Shown piece after piece: positions 13,700-26,912 of a stretch of 64,000 nucleotides of DNA. This stretch comes from Octopus sinensis (Eukaryota). Within the stretch, counting starts at the first letter, position 1. Every line of letters starts with the position of its first letter. Both the position numbers and the translations under genes were made by a program. Location of the stretch: NCBI RefSeq assembly GCF_006345805.1, contig NC_043001.1:64108001-64172000 (forward strand), in the 5' to 3' direction. Under the pieces are notes generated by a model. The model ran no database searches and was not told the DNA's origin. It saw only the letters and a program-made list of their open reading frames with translations.

Positions 13700-14050
13700 A
13701 TTATTACCTCTGCCTTAGTGAAGGCGGAGGTATTGTTTTCATTCGTGTTTGTTTGTTTGTCCGTGGACAAGATATCTCAAGAACCGCTGGATGGATTTGG
13801 ATGAAACTTTCAGGGATGTTTGACTTTGTGACTGGCACGAACTGATTAGATTTTGGGATTGATCCAGTACCGGACAAGGATCCTGGATTATTTTCCTGTT
13901 TTATTTACTTAATTTATGAGAGCGGCCGGGTTCATTTTTAGTATTCTCGTTTGTGAGAGCAGTCGCGTTTATTTCAGATATTCTCATTTTAAAAATCCTC
14001 TCTGGCTAACCGTTGAGATGACGTCGTTGTCTCAGACTAACAACTTGGAT
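13700..14050 (+). mobile_element. Helentron/DINE-1-like non-autonomous element
   Basis: TTATTACCTCTGCC...GGCGGAGGTA subterminal hairpin, then GTTTGTTTGT and GGATTTGGATGAAAC motifs typical of HINEs. Confidence 0.5.
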
Positions 14051-14597
14051 GGTTGAAAGCTTTCTCTTTGAGACTGTCCGTTGTTAAAATTGTTTTATAT
14101 TACTGTTGCTTTCTTTGTTCCTTTGTTCATTTGTAACAATCAAATGGAAGCATTCAATTAGTGTAAAGTAATAAATGCCTTTAAAGCTTTAATATCTAAA
14201 TATGATTTTAGAAACAAAGCACGACACCTGAGGAAGCACCTACGCTGAAATAGAGTTGAAAAAAATTTCAAATTCATAAATATTAAGAGTGATTTTAAGT
14301 AATATCTTCTGAATATGGAAAATTGTTACCTAATGAATGTATAGGGTACAATATATATTATATGTGTGTAGGCGCAGGCGTGGTTGGGTGGCGAGCTTGC
14401 TCCCAATGGCATGCGTCATTGTGTTGTGCACTGAAGAAGATAGCCGGTGGTGTTTTAGCCGACGAAAAAGTAGCTGCTGCAAGGTAAGGCCTTTGTCTCT
14501 TGGATCCAGTGGGGGTTGTTGTCTGTGGTAATATTTTTTTACAAACAAGGAGTTCTCACTGGATTCAGGACTTTGGTCTGCTTGCAGTTCAGCAATA

Positions 14598-14862
14598 TTG
14601 TTCACATTAAGTGAAAATTTTTTTCTCATTGTGAGAGGTATAGTTTGGGGGCGTATCCTGCCACAAAAAATTGTTCACTTTTTTGTGAACATATACCAAT
14701 AATTGGAAAGCTGTATTTCAAGTGTTCACATTAAGTAAACATTTTTTCTCATTGTGAGAAGTATAGTTTTGAGGCGTATCCTGTTACCAAAAGTTGTTCG
14801 CTGTTTGTGGATAGTGTGTTTTTACAACAACGTTTACCAATAATTGGAAAATTGTATTTCAA
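14598..14862. repeat. Diverged tandem duplication of ~125-135 bp
   Basis: TGTTCACATTAAGT...TACCAATAATTGGAAA..TGTATTTCAAGTG occurs twice in tandem. Confidence 0.7.
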
Positions 14863-15059
14863 GTGGAGCAATCTAGGTTCTTATCGGAGTACCATAGGGC
14901 TTGGAGTACCTGAAAGCCCAGAAGATTTTTTTGGCTGTTTTGTTGAACTGTTGTTTTCTTCTTCTACTGTGACTCTATTGAACTGTTTGCTTTTTCTCTT
15001 CTTCCCTTTTGTTTCCTTTTGATTTCTCTCTTTTCTTTTTGAAATTTGTGAACTATTCT

Positions 15060-15461
15060 CTTTCTCTTTTTCTCTTTTTACTTGTTTCAGTCATTTGACT
15101 GCGGCCATGCTGGAGCACCGCCTTTAGTCGAGCAAATCTACCCCGGGACTTATTCTTTGTAAGCCCACTACTTATTCTATCGGTCTCTTTTGCCGAACCG
15201 CTAAGTGACGGAAACGTAAACACACCAGCATCGGTTGTCAAGCGATGTTGGGGGGACAAACACAGAAACACAAACATATACACACACATACATATATATA
15301 CATATATACGACAGGCTTCTTTCAGTTTCCGTCTACCAATTCCACTCACAAGGCATTGGTCGGCCCGAGGCTATAGCAAAAGACACTTGCCCAAGATGCC
15401 ACGCAGTGGGACTGAACCCGGAACTATGTGGTTGGTAAGCAAGCTACTTACAACACAGCCA
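15060..15461 (-). mobile_element. Octopus-type tRNA-derived SINE
   Basis: Near-identical to 1651-2082. Confidence 0.85.
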
Positions 15462-16870
15462 CTTTTTGGACTTTTTACTTTTTAATTTAAAACATAGCAA
15501 AAAATACAGATAAGATTGTAGAGTGGGAGATTGTCCCACCTAAGGAGTGACTCAGACAGCAAGAGGAGAGGACGGTGGTGTTAAGAACGTATTCGAAGGT
15601 CCTCGACACCATTGCCATCTTCTTCAAACAGCTGATTGAGCAGGAGTTGGCGGAACATCTGCCAACCATTAAGTATAACTTTAAGTGATAACTGTGTGGT
15701 TGCTATTTGACACCTCAGAGGAGGCTCGCAGTTTTGCGAGCCAGGCCTTTGAGGGTAGAGAAATTTTGTTTCTTCCCACTTATTATGGGAAAAAATTGAC
15801 GAGGGCTTGGGTCTGTGGTTTGCCACCCAGATTTGAACCCGAGTGGATAGAGGATACTATCCGTCGGGGTCTGGGTGGTAGTGGAGCCAGGCTTCTCAAT
15901 GAGAAAATTCTTCCTGCGGCTGACTGGGTTGGGTCAAAAGCTGTTTTGACCTTGTGGACCCAATCAGCCACGAATCTGGTTATGCCAGATTTTTTGAAAA
16001 TGGCCGGGTGCAGGTACCTGGTGATTCTTGAGGGTCGCCTCACCAGGTGTCATCGGTTCCTGGAGCCTGGCCATATAAAGAAAAACTGTCCTGAGGAACA
16101 AAGCAAAGTCCTGGAGCAGTTGATTGAGGCCTTTGTAGAAGAAAGAACGAAGGCAGCCGAGGAGACGGAGGACTCCTCAAAGAAGGGCCGCAAGAGGAAG
16201 AAGGTGAGCAACAGTGGCTGCTCACTGAAGGTTCCTAGGGATGAGGGAGGGGAGACAAATCTCCTGGTCACGGAGGAGACGTACCCTCCATCAGTTGAGA
16301 AGAAAAGAAAGAGGAAGAGGAAGAGAAACAGGACATTGCCGGCAGTCGGAGACATAGCACCGGAATGTCCCGGAACCTTGCCGACAGGGGTTGTGCCACC
16401 GGCAAGGGAAGAGACACTGATGGGGGGAATTGTGTCGCCAACTGTAGAATTGACTACCTCGAAGCCGGAGGAAGAAGAACTATTGGTCTTCTTCTACAGC
16501 GGCGGAGAGGTAGAAAAGGTGGTGGAAAATCACCATAAGGGAGTACCTTTAATCTTCACATAGATCTCGAATGGCCTCTGCAGATAGCTGTGGAGGTCAT
16601 AACGTTGCCCGTGATGCGTAGGCTGCAGGGACTCAATGAGGAATATAGCTTGTGGCCGGGCGACGCAGACTCGGATCCCGCCTTGCTTTTGAATTTAGGT
16701 GATGGCGGAGTATACGGGCACAAGCGATGTTGGGGATGGATAGTGACAAGAGGTTGAAAAACCTCAGTGTTATAATGTTTATTGTATAATGCTTAATGTA
16801 TGTTATTGTGTTTAAGAGGCTTAACGCCCCAATTTTTACATGGACTATTAGTCCAATAATTGTAAAACTG
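15462..16870 (+). mobile_element. L1/Tx1-like ORF1-only remnant
   Basis: ORF 15685-16563 has an RRM-like region (FLPTYYGKKLTRAWVCGLP), a zinc knuckle (CHRFLEPGHIKKNC) and basic tracts, with the same layout as ORF1 at 34771-35801. No ORF2 follows. Confidence 0.6.
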
Positions 16871-17069
16871 AAATAAGAGGTTCGATACCTCGTTTTGTCT
16901 TTTTTCTGTGAAAAAAAAAGAGAATAATGTTTTAAAGAAGCAAAAAGTCGACGGGCGTTTTTTGTCTTCTCCCATTAATATCATCCTTTTTTCATCATTC
17001 ACCTCATCAATGTTTTTATCCAATCAACAAGCTACTCTGTGTTATGCCTTTATGGCAAAATTTTTGAAG

Positions 17070-17206
17070 TAAACAAGCTTCCTCCCAATCACATGGTTCA
17101 GGGTTTAGGCCCACTGCGTAGCACCTTGGGCAAGTGTCTTCTACTATAGCCTCGGATCGACCAAAGCCTTGTGAGTGGATTTGGTGGACGGAAACTGAAA
17201 GAAGCC

Positions 17207-17285
<79 letters not shown>

Positions 17286-17549
17286 AGAGTTCACGAAAAA
17301 ACAAAAGACGAATACAGGTGGTGTAGAAAACAAACAGTATATGTGTGTGTGTGTTTGTTCCCCCTCACCATCACTTGACAACCGATGTTAGTATGCTTAC
17401 ATCCCCGTAACTTAGCGGTTCTGGAAAAGAGAACGATAGAATAATTACCAGGCTTACAAAGAATAAGCCGTGGGGTCGATTTCTTCGACTAAAAGGCGGT
17501 GCTCCAGCATGACCGCAGTCAAATGACTGAAACAAGTGAATGAATAAAA

Positions 17550-17553
<4 letters not shown>
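17070..17553 (+). mobile_element. Octopus-type tRNA-derived SINE (5'-truncated)
   Basis: Reverse-complement match to 1651-2082 with an expanded internal (TA)n. Confidence 0.8.
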
Positions 17554-17619
<66 letters not shown>

Positions 17620-17646
17620 AAGGGTGAAAAGGAACACACGAGTTGA

Positions 17647-17897
17647 TATATATGAAAAAACAAGTAAAAAATAGAAATGCTAAAATAATTTTATAGTGAA
17701 CATTTCAGTACCGGTTTCGGTCATTTTGAGACCTTTTCAACTGTAACGATTAAATATTAAATTTAGAAAAATTTTTCTAAATTTAATTATTTAATCGTTA
17801 CAGTTGAAAAAGTCTCAAAATGACCGAAACCGGTACTGAAATGTTCACTATAAAATTATTTTAGCATTTTCTATTTTTTACTTGTTTTTTCATATAT
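17647..17897. repeat. ~250-bp near-perfect palindrome made of two outward-facing hammerhead motifs
   Basis: The arms are reverse complements around ~17772. Confidence 0.9.
17706..17743 (-). ncRNA. Minimal type I hammerhead, U3-A8 core variant
   Basis: CAG-TTGAAAA-GGTC-TCAAAAT-GACC-GAAA-CCGG-TA-CTG. The mirror copy at 17801-17838 (+) has GGTC changed to AGTC. Confidence 0.75.
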
Positions 17898-17936
17898 ATA
17901 TATATACATATGTATATATATATATATATATATATA

Positions 17937-19635
17937 CACTACCGTCAGAAATTAATTAGCACCCTTGATTTGCTCTTCACTCAAGGTATTTGCTGTCACC
18001 TAGTGGCCATATCTTGAACTATTGCTTTGTTGCGAGTTCACTGTTGTGCAGAACGATGACGTAACTTTGTTTGCAGAGCGGTTTGACAGTCTACAGCCTA
18101 ATGATGTTGACATAGCAGTGCAACAACAACTTGGAGTGCGGATGCAGACAAATCTTCCTTTGTTTAATAGATATAGGTAGCGCCTCGCAAGGACCGAAAT
18201 CACACCGTACTAAGTTTTCTCATCGCGTAAGACGTTTTGAACAGCTTGTAGGTTAATTGATTTGTGTATTTGCAAGATTTTTTTTCCTCACAAATTCTCC
18301 TACACTCTGCTTGGTGACGTCACTTCCGGTTCACAAAACTTTCTGTTATACATCAAATAAGGTGAGAAATTCTGCTTTCTTTCTTTTTTGTTTAATGAAT
18401 AATAACTCATAGCAGTTTTGTTATAGCATAACATTATTCAAATGAATAGTTTTAATGAAAATAACTGGTTTTTATCGTTCATTCCTTGATGGGCCCAAGA
18501 CTTCGCATGACCTTGGAGAGACGGTACGAGGCTCTCTCGTGGCGTGGGAAGCTGTCGGAGGTTGCAATAGCCAGAAAACTTGGTGTAGCCAGGCGCACAA
18601 TTCAGTGCTTATTTAAGAAATACGAGGAAACCGGATCAGCAGCTGACAAAAAGGGTAGGGGACGGAAGAGGCTGACGACCCAGCGGGAGGACCGGATGCT
18701 GATCCGAAAGTCACTGTATAACCGAAGGGCAACGAGCCGGCAACTGGCGGAGGAGATACAAAAGATGACAGGGAAGCAGTTGTCTACAACCACCGTCAAG
18801 ACCAGATTACTGGAAGCTGGTCTAAAATCCTGTAGGGCCACCCGTAAGCCGCTCCTTACAGCCCAAAACCGGAAGAGGCGGCTGCTCTGGGCCCGTGCCC
18901 ACAAGACATGGACCGTGCAGCAGTGGCGGACAGTGATGTTCACTGACGAGTCGCGATTCAGTCTCGTCAGTGACAAGCCTGTCCATGTGCGACGCCGCAG
19001 GGGTGAGCGCTTCAACAAAGACTGCATTGCTCCCACCATGAAGCAAGGTGGGGTGGTCTGATGGTGTGAGGGGCGTTCAGCTACAGTGGTGTTGGGCGGC
19101 TCTATGCAACATCAACGCAGCAAAGTACGTTGAGATAGTACGGGATACCTCTTTGGTGGCGAGGAGTACTGCTCCAGCAGGACAGCGCGCCTTCCCACAC
19201 AGCCAAGCTCACAACCGGTTTCTTCAAGGACCATGGGGTGACGGTCATGGACTGGCCTGGCCAGTCACCTGACCTGAACCCTATTGAGAACCTCTGGAGT
19301 CGATTGGGTAGGGATTTGAATGTGCAACAATACAGGAACCGACACGAGCTGTTTGGGGCACTTCTTGCTGCATGGGGGGCCATCCCTGCACAGTACCTGC
19401 AGGCACTCATAGACAGCATGCCGACCCGCGTAGCAGCTGTCATTGCTGCCAAAGGAGGAGCACCAAGATATTGACTAAATTTCACGATTAATAACAATTA
19501 TGTGCTGTGCTGGGATATGTTTCAATAAATTTTTGATTAAAAACGAGTTCGTTTCTGATAATAAATTAATTAAATTAAGAAAATGTAAGAAAATGTAAAA
19601 ATTTGAGAAGTGCTAATTAATTTCCGACGCAAGTG
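17937..19635 (+). mobile_element. Tc1-family (DD34E) transposon, frameshifted
   Basis: TIRs CACTACCGTCAGAAATTAATTAGCAC / GTGCTAATTAATTTCCGACGCAAGTG with TA flanks. Paired-like HTH, MFTDESRF, LQQDSAPSH and WPGQSPDLNPIENLW motifs. Confidence 0.93.
18486..19474 (+). pseudogene. Tc1 transposase (frameshift/deletion near 19050-19170)
   Basis: ORF pieces 18486-19061 and 19238-19474 carry the HTH and DDE motifs. Confidence 0.88.
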
Positions 19636-19704
19636 TATATATATATTTGTAAAAAAGAAGTTTGAAAACGCCACTATATTAGATAAATTTTAATTTTCTT
19701 ATGA

Positions 19705-19749
19705 ATTTTACATGTTTCGGTTCTTGAAAAAACGAACCTTATCAAAAAT
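19705..19749 (-). ncRNA. Minimal type I hammerhead, U3-A8 core variant
   Basis: ATTT-TTGATAA-GGTTC-(10 nt)-GAACC-GAAA-CATG-TA-AAAT. Confidence 0.7.
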
Positions 19750-20048
19750 ATTATAAAAAGTGCAATAGAAAAGTTCATAATCGTTTCTTACTGTTCTCAA
19801 TAGAATCCATGTGGTGGTGTTTTGTCGGTAGTTGGTATAATTGTTATATTACAGTTGAGTGTAATGAAGAAATTCATTATTGTTTCTTGCTAGTATCAAA
19901 AGGAACCGCTTTTTTGTTACCTTGTGTTCCAATGGTAGCAACAGTAGTGATTGTTGGTCGTAGTAGTAGTAACTTGTGGCTGTCCTAGCAGTAGTTACTG
20001 TTGGTCGTAATTTTGGCAACCTTTGTGGTGGTTGGGGTTGTAGCAGTA

Positions 20049-20098
<50 letters not shown>

Positions 20099-20936
20099 CT
20101 AGTGGTATTGCCCGGCTCGTGCGCTCGTGCGTTCTGTGCACGTGCGAATTAAGCTAAACTTGGATGAAGTTCAATCAAAATTCAATTATTTTGGTTTTAA
20201 AATCAAGCATTTAATGCCCTCTATTTTTGCGCTTATGTGTTCCATTTCCTCAATAGGAAGTACGTAGAAGCGTTTCATAAATTTTTGCTGATCAAATAAT
20301 TGAATTGTTGAATTATTCTTTTAGATCAGTATTTATCAACGGGGATTTCAGGGGAGAGTTTCAGGGAGTCGCTGGCGATGTATCGTGATGATCAAAAATC
20401 CGGCCTGTTAAAATTTGGTTAAAGTGATTCAAACTGCAGACTCAACGCAAAATGGTCACATTTAATTCAAAGCGTTAAAAATGTTATGAAAACAATTGGT
20501 ATGTGTTCACAAAGTCCAAACGATTAATACGAAAAAACCCTCCAGGCTACATCCCGAAAATTCATTTCTTTGCCGAATTTCTACAATGTTTACGGCGATT
20601 CGTTTTTATATCTTGATTTTTTATTTTTCATGCAATTTACGCATGCTTGCACGCGTGGTGAACACAGTTCACGTCAAACAGCTGACTGAGTAAAGTTCAC
20701 TATTCAATGCATGGAATAAGGCCTAAACAAACACATTATCGATTTTTGCACTTGCGAGATGAATTCCGGAACAGAAATAGCGCAGTTCAATTTTCATTCG
20801 CCTAAACTTTAAGTGACCCATTTTTGGTGGTTCTACGATTTGTTGGCTAGGAGGAGATGTGCCGGGAAGTTAAACACACATACACACACACAGATACACA
20901 CACAGACACACAAGTTGAGTTTTGTATATATATAGA
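20099..20936 (-). mobile_element. Non-autonomous Helitron-like element
   Basis: Minus strand has a TCTATATATATAC... 5' end and a hairpin plus CTAG 3' end. Confidence 0.6.
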
Positions 20937-20939
20937 TAT

Positions 20940-21115
20940 ATTCCTCCGTCTTTCCTTCCTTGGATCTTTCCTTTTTCTAAGTTTCTGACGAAGAGCTCCG
21001 CTCGAAACGTTAAATCCTCCTTCTTTCTTTCCTTCCCGAGCGTCCATTAACACTATACTTGTTCCACGTCCTCGTGTTGTTTTGTTTTCTGTTTGTGTTT
21101 TCATATCTGGATTAA
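20940..21115 (+). mobile_element. PLE pseudo-LTR fragment with minimal hammerhead at 20981-21015
   Basis: GTTT-CTGACGA-A-GAGC-TCC-GCTC-GAAA-CG-TT-AAAT. Confidence 0.7.
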
Positions 21116-21129
21116 CTTTATATATATAT

Positions 21130-21202
<73 letters not shown>

Positions 21203-21203
21203 T

Positions 21204-21234
<31 letters not shown>

Positions 21235-22285
21235 CATAGATAGATAGATATGTATGTATGTATATATATATATATGTATGTATGTATGTATATATATATG
21301 TGTGTGTGTGTGTGTGCGTGCGTGTGTGCGTGTGTGCGTGTGTACACACACACATACACACATTATACATACATGCATAGAAAGAGAGAGAGAGGGAGGA
21401 GAGAGAGGAAGAGTGAAACAAAGAGACAATAAGGGATGAGGGACGTTTGCTTGGTTACAAATAGTAGTCATTCCAAAAAAATGTTGATAACAAAAGTAAT
21501 GGAATTTTGTCAATAGAAATCATATAAAAAGAATATAACAGTGAAATTTACATTGATAGACATGCGCACATACATACGCACACACACGCACAATCTCCCT
21601 GTAATGTTCTTCACACAAGACTGAGATGAGCTGGTAAGAGTAAGATGTGAACATGTGTACGCGCGCACACTCACATACACGCACACACACGCACGCACAC
21701 ATATTATGTTTCTCCCTCTCTATTACAGTCGCTGTCCACTGACCAATCAGCATAACCACATTAAAACCCACCAGCACCACCATTTCTTAAAGTGGCAATA
21801 AAACGTCCAGATTCATTCACGTCATACCTCCTCTATATTTTTCTTTCTTTATTTATTTATTTATTTAATGCGGCTATGTATGTATGTATGTATGTACGTA
21901 TGTACGTATGTATGTATTGCAGAAAGAACCAGTTGTTGGTCATTTACTGACTTCAGTAATCTGCCTGTGTTGTTTTGAGCAGTTGAGTTGAAGTTAAAAG
22001 ACAGATATAACATTAATATCATTTTCCTATAACTACAATCTACATGGTGAAGAAATGAAGAGTGTATGCCTGTAGTTTGAATGCGTCTGTGAATTTCAGT
22101 GATCACCACTCCGTGATTTACGTAACATTATAGCATCTCCGGCCTGTATCTACCAAAGGTATGTATTTCGACATTTTTTATCGAGTATTTAGTCATCTTT
22201 TATCCAATTTAATCAATTTGTCAATCATAATTACGCATATTTTATGCAGTCCTGACTATAAAACAACTCTTTGATTCTAATATAC

Positions 22286-22634
22286 ATAGGTGTAGGGGTG
22301 GCTGTGTGGTTCCGGGTTCAGTCCCACTGCGTGGCACCTTGGGCAAGTGTCTTCTACTATAGCCTCGGGTCGACCAAAGCCTTGTGAGTGGATTTGGTAG
22401 ACGGAAACTGAAAGAAGCCCGTTATATATATGTGTGTGTATATGTTTGTGTGTCTGTGTTTGTTCCCCCCAACATCGCTTGCTGGTGTGCTTACGTCGCC
22501 GTAACTTAGCGGTTCTGGAAAAGAGACCGATAGAATAAGTACCAGGCTTACAAAGAATAAGTCCTGAGGTCGATTTGCTCGACTAAAGGCGGTGCTCCAG
22601 CATGGCCACAGTCAAATGACTGAAACAAGAATAG
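22286..22634 (+). mobile_element. Octopus-type tRNA-derived SINE with a deletion in the head
   Basis: GGTGTAGGGGTGGCTGTGTGG joins directly to TTCCGGGTTCAGTCCC; the body matches the other copies. Confidence 0.8.
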
Positions 22635-23586
22635 ACGCTTACACATACATACATTTTTTTTGCCAAATAAACACACGCACTATATATATTTTTTTCTTGT
22701 TTATTGCTGTTCTTATTTTATTATTTTAACTCAAGTCCATTGACTGTAAATCTTTCGTCTTTGGCGACACTTTTCATTTTCGTGTGTGTTCTTGCTCCAC
22801 TTACTCCATTCTGTTCTTCTAAGATAGGTATACTTATGCGCGCATTCGTTTATGTTCTTGTGTGTGTGTGTGGTGTGTGTGTGTGCGTGCGCGCGCGCAC
22901 GTGTCTGTATGTGTCATAGTCTTTAACAGCAGTGTGGCCTTCTCCTCAGCTCCATCATCTCACCCTATTATGCTGCTGCTGTCCTAAGACCCGAAAAAAC
23001 ATGCTACAGTTCCTGTATTCCTCTGTGTATGTGTGTTCGCCCACGATGTTGTCATCGTGGTAGCTGTTGTTGTTATTGCCATTGATGGTACCGCCGCTGC
23101 TGACCCCGTGTTAGTTGTATTGCTGACTTTGTTACGGCCTCGTGAAGTTTCACGTGTGTGTGTGGATACATATAATGCGAACCTATACACACACAAATGA
23201 AACTTCTTGTACGGCCATAACAGTGTCAACAACACAACTACACACACACACACACAAATAAGGACACAAATGCATGCGCACATAAGGATACACATCTTAG
23301 AGTAACAAAATGGAGTAAAGGGAGCAAGAACACACACGAAAACGAAAAGTGTCGCCGAAGAGGTCACAGATTTCCGGACAATGGACATGAGTTAAAATAA
23401 TAAAATAAGAACAGCAATAAACGAGTGAAGAAATATATATATAGTGCATGTGTTTATTTGGCATATATATATATATAAATTTGCCATGATGAATCGGTTT
23501 CTGACTGAAGAATGAAGGCTCTGAATTACTGTCCGTTTTTCCGTGTTTGTCAATTCGTGAATTTCACGTTCTTTATATATAAGTTT

Positions 23587-23618
<32 letters not shown>

Positions 23619-23620
<2 letters not shown>

Positions 23621-23962
23621 TCTTTTACTCTTTTACTTGTTTCAGTCATTTGACTGCGGCCATGCTGGAGCACCGCCTTTAGTCGATCAAATCGACCCCG
23701 GGACTTATTCTTTGTAAGCCCAGTACTTATTCTATCGGTCTCTTTTGCCGAACCGCCAAGTGACGGGGACATAAGCACAATGCTAGGGGGACAAACACAG
23801 ACACACAAACACACATATATATATACATATATACGACAGGCTTCTTTCAGTTTCCGTCTACCAAATCCACTCGCAAGGCATTGGTCGGCCCGGGGCTATA
23901 GCAGAAGACACTTGCCCAAGATGCCACGCAGTGGGACTGAACCCGCAACCATGTGGTTGGTT
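23619..23962 (-). mobile_element. Octopus-type tRNA-derived SINE (head truncated)
   Basis: Matches 1651-2045. Confidence 0.82.
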
Positions 23963-24049
23963 AGCACGTGGTTGGTTATATATATACTAGCTGAAGGTGA
24001 CCCGCTCTACGCGCGGGTAAGAGTGTGGTTGTTACTTTCTGTTGCTTCT

Positions 24050-24366
24050 TTCAGCACGTAAAAGGCACCATCCGAACGTGGCCGATTGCAGCGCCGCCTT
24101 GACTGGCTTCTGTGCTAGTGGCACGTAAAAAGCACCAACCGATCGTTGCCGCTGCAAGCCCCCCTGGCACCTGTGCCGGCGGCACGAAAAAAGCACCCAC
24201 TACACTCACAGAGTGGTTGGCGTTAGGAAGGTCATCCACCTGTAGAAACACTGCCAGATCAGACTGGAGCCTAGTGCAGCCTCCTGGCTTCCCAGACCCC
24301 GGTCAAACCGTCCAACCCGTGCTAGGACGGAAAACGGACGTTAAACGATGATGATGATGATGATGA
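24050..24366 (+). mobile_element. Second SINE-like family ending ...GGACGTTAAAC(GAT)n
   Basis: A reverse-complement relative lies at 26940-27172; (GAT)n tail. Confidence 0.7.
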
Positions 24367-24939
24367 TTCTCCCTCTTTGTTTCTCTCTCCTTTCTCTCTC
24401 ACTTTCCCACTCTCTTACTTTTCTTTTCTCTCGGACTCTCCCTCGCTTTCTCTTACTCTCTATCTTTATCTATCTCTCTCCCATTTATAAACAACTAAAG
24501 ATCTTGAGTAAGTTGAGAAATAAAATATTTAGAAAGATCAATCATAAATATCAGGCAGTGGCAACGGAAAGGTCTGCTTCAAGGCATACAGCAAACGCTA
24601 ACATTTAAAAGGGACAGACGAACTTGCGAGCTGAATAAATAAAAAATATTGGAAACCAAAGTTTGAAGGGATAGAATGTGAGGATAGTAGAGTCACCATG
24701 ACTGGCATTTCTTAACGACGGACAGCAACGTATTGACAGTTTAACGGCTGGCGTAAAATTTTGAACTTGATGTAAAAGAAAATTCATAAACACCAAGTTT
24801 TGAAGTGATTCTTTCTCAAGACAGTAGACTCACCATGGCAAGCATTCAAAACCTATAAGATGAGGAATTTTGTCCTAGAGGTCACGCCTTTCATTTGAGG
24901 AAAAAGATAGTTGTCATGCAAACTTGCCAGCACTTTTAA

Positions 24940-26020
24940 CCCTTTCGTTACCAAACCGCCCAAAAAAATTTTGGTTAATGTGACCAAACCGCCCAAACCC
25001 GCCCGTATTTTCCTATTCATATTTAAATGAGAATATCAGAGCAAATCTCTTTATTAGATTCGTGAAAACACGTGATTATACTTCGTAAACAGTTCATCTA
25101 CAGTTTTGTACAACAATCGAAGTGTAATTTTAATTCCGTGAATTTTGGGAGATTTTTTTCCAAAATTTGTTCCTATTGTGTTTTCAAACTTTGTAATTCT
25201 GACAAAAAATGGATACGAATTTCATCATATCAAGCAGCAAGTCAGAATTCGAAGGATTTCCTACTGAAGACCTTGATAAATCTAACTCTATGACTGAAAA
25301 AAAAAAAAGAAGCACATGGTATTTGATAATGAATCTGATGTTTCATTTTCCGAAAGTGAAAACAGTGAATCCGAGAGCTCCGACAGCGATAAAGAAAATG
25401 AATTGGGACCTGAATGGAGTGAAAATTGAAAAACTGTTTCTTTCAGTGATTTTTCTGAAGAAACTGGACCAAGCCACAGACTTTCCCAGGAGAGTAAAGC
25501 CTTAGACTATTTCTTTTTACTTTTTCGAATGAGCCTATTTGAAATCATTACGGCGAAAACGAACCGTTACGCTAAATGTAAACAAAGCGAAAGAAAGGAT
25601 AGTTAGTGGTTTCCCACAACCTTAAATGAAATTAAGACTATTTTGCCATAAATATTATTATGGGTATCAGAAAGTTACCCAGAATAACAAATTCTATCGT
25701 AAAATTTTGTTGTATACCCAATTGAATATTAGCTAATAACCCATTTTCTATAGCGATGTTTGAACAAAATTTTAATAATTTTATATTTTGTTGAATTTAC
25801 CTGTATCTACCTGCAATTAGAGTCACTTTGTGACAAAAATTATAGTATAGAATTGGTTGAGAACATTTCATTCAATTATCTTCCAAAAATCAGATTAATA
25901 TATTGATAAATAAAAAAGTTATAGTTGTTTAATGAAACCAGACTAACTTTATGATTATGTTAGAAATTAATTGAAACACATAAGGGGTGTATTTTGGTTA
26001 GAAATATAGTAACGAAAGGG
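24940..26020 (+). mobile_element. piggyBac internally deleted derivative
   Basis: TTAA|CCCTTTCGTTAC ... GTAACGAAAGGG|TTCA. Acidic N-terminal transposase remnant (MDTNFI..SEFEGF; ETNRYA-like). Confidence 0.8.
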
Positions 26021-26071
26021 TTCATAGGTGTGCATATTTTCAGCTGAACCGACCGACCACACAATGCACAC

Positions 26072-26139
<68 letters not shown>

Positions 26140-26912
26140 GTGTGTGTGTGTGTGTGTGTGCACGCATTATATATACAAATTATATATATATATATATATG
26201 TATAATTAAATTAGAGATAAAACCACTAATAGGCAAAAAAACAAAAACATAAAAATAAAAATATAATATAGAAAATATATAAAATTGAAAAATTTAGATT
26301 ATTTAAATTTAAAATAAAAATTATTAAATTATATTTATAATTTGTTTAAAAATATATATAACTATCAAAAAGTATTAAAAAGTTTAATATACATAAATAC
26401 AGATATATACACTTTGTAAATATGCATTATATATACATATTTATATTTCGAACACACACACATACACACACATATATAAATGAACGCAATGAATATCTGA
26501 TTCGTAATATTTGTTCTCATGATTGTGTGTTGTTTGTAGCGATGATAATTCTCCCTATGAATGCAGACAGATGCATCAAAGAAAGCCGTCTGACGAACTT
26601 ATAAAGGGAAAGTGAAAGGGAGTTGAGCGGAATACATTAAATAACGGGAGTGGACTTCTCAAAGTTATAAATGAAGGGGAGTAAGAGAGGGAAAGGAGAA
26701 AATAGCATGAGTGAGGAAGATGGCCCCTAGCAACCACACCTTTCAAGATTTCTAAGGTAGCCCACGGGCATCGTCACCTCATTCTACATGTCCCTGTAAA
26801 TTTTGGAGCGAATCGGACGGGATGTAGCGGCATTGAAAGCGATCCAAGCGGTAAAAACGCATTTCAGTTTTATATATAGAGAAGATATGTGGTTGGTTAC
26901 CATGTGGTTGGT

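Noticed and set aside
26586-26630. CTGACGA-ACT...AGT-GAAA hammerhead-like string
   Set aside because: There is no stem III pairing and no NUH directly before a stem I partner.
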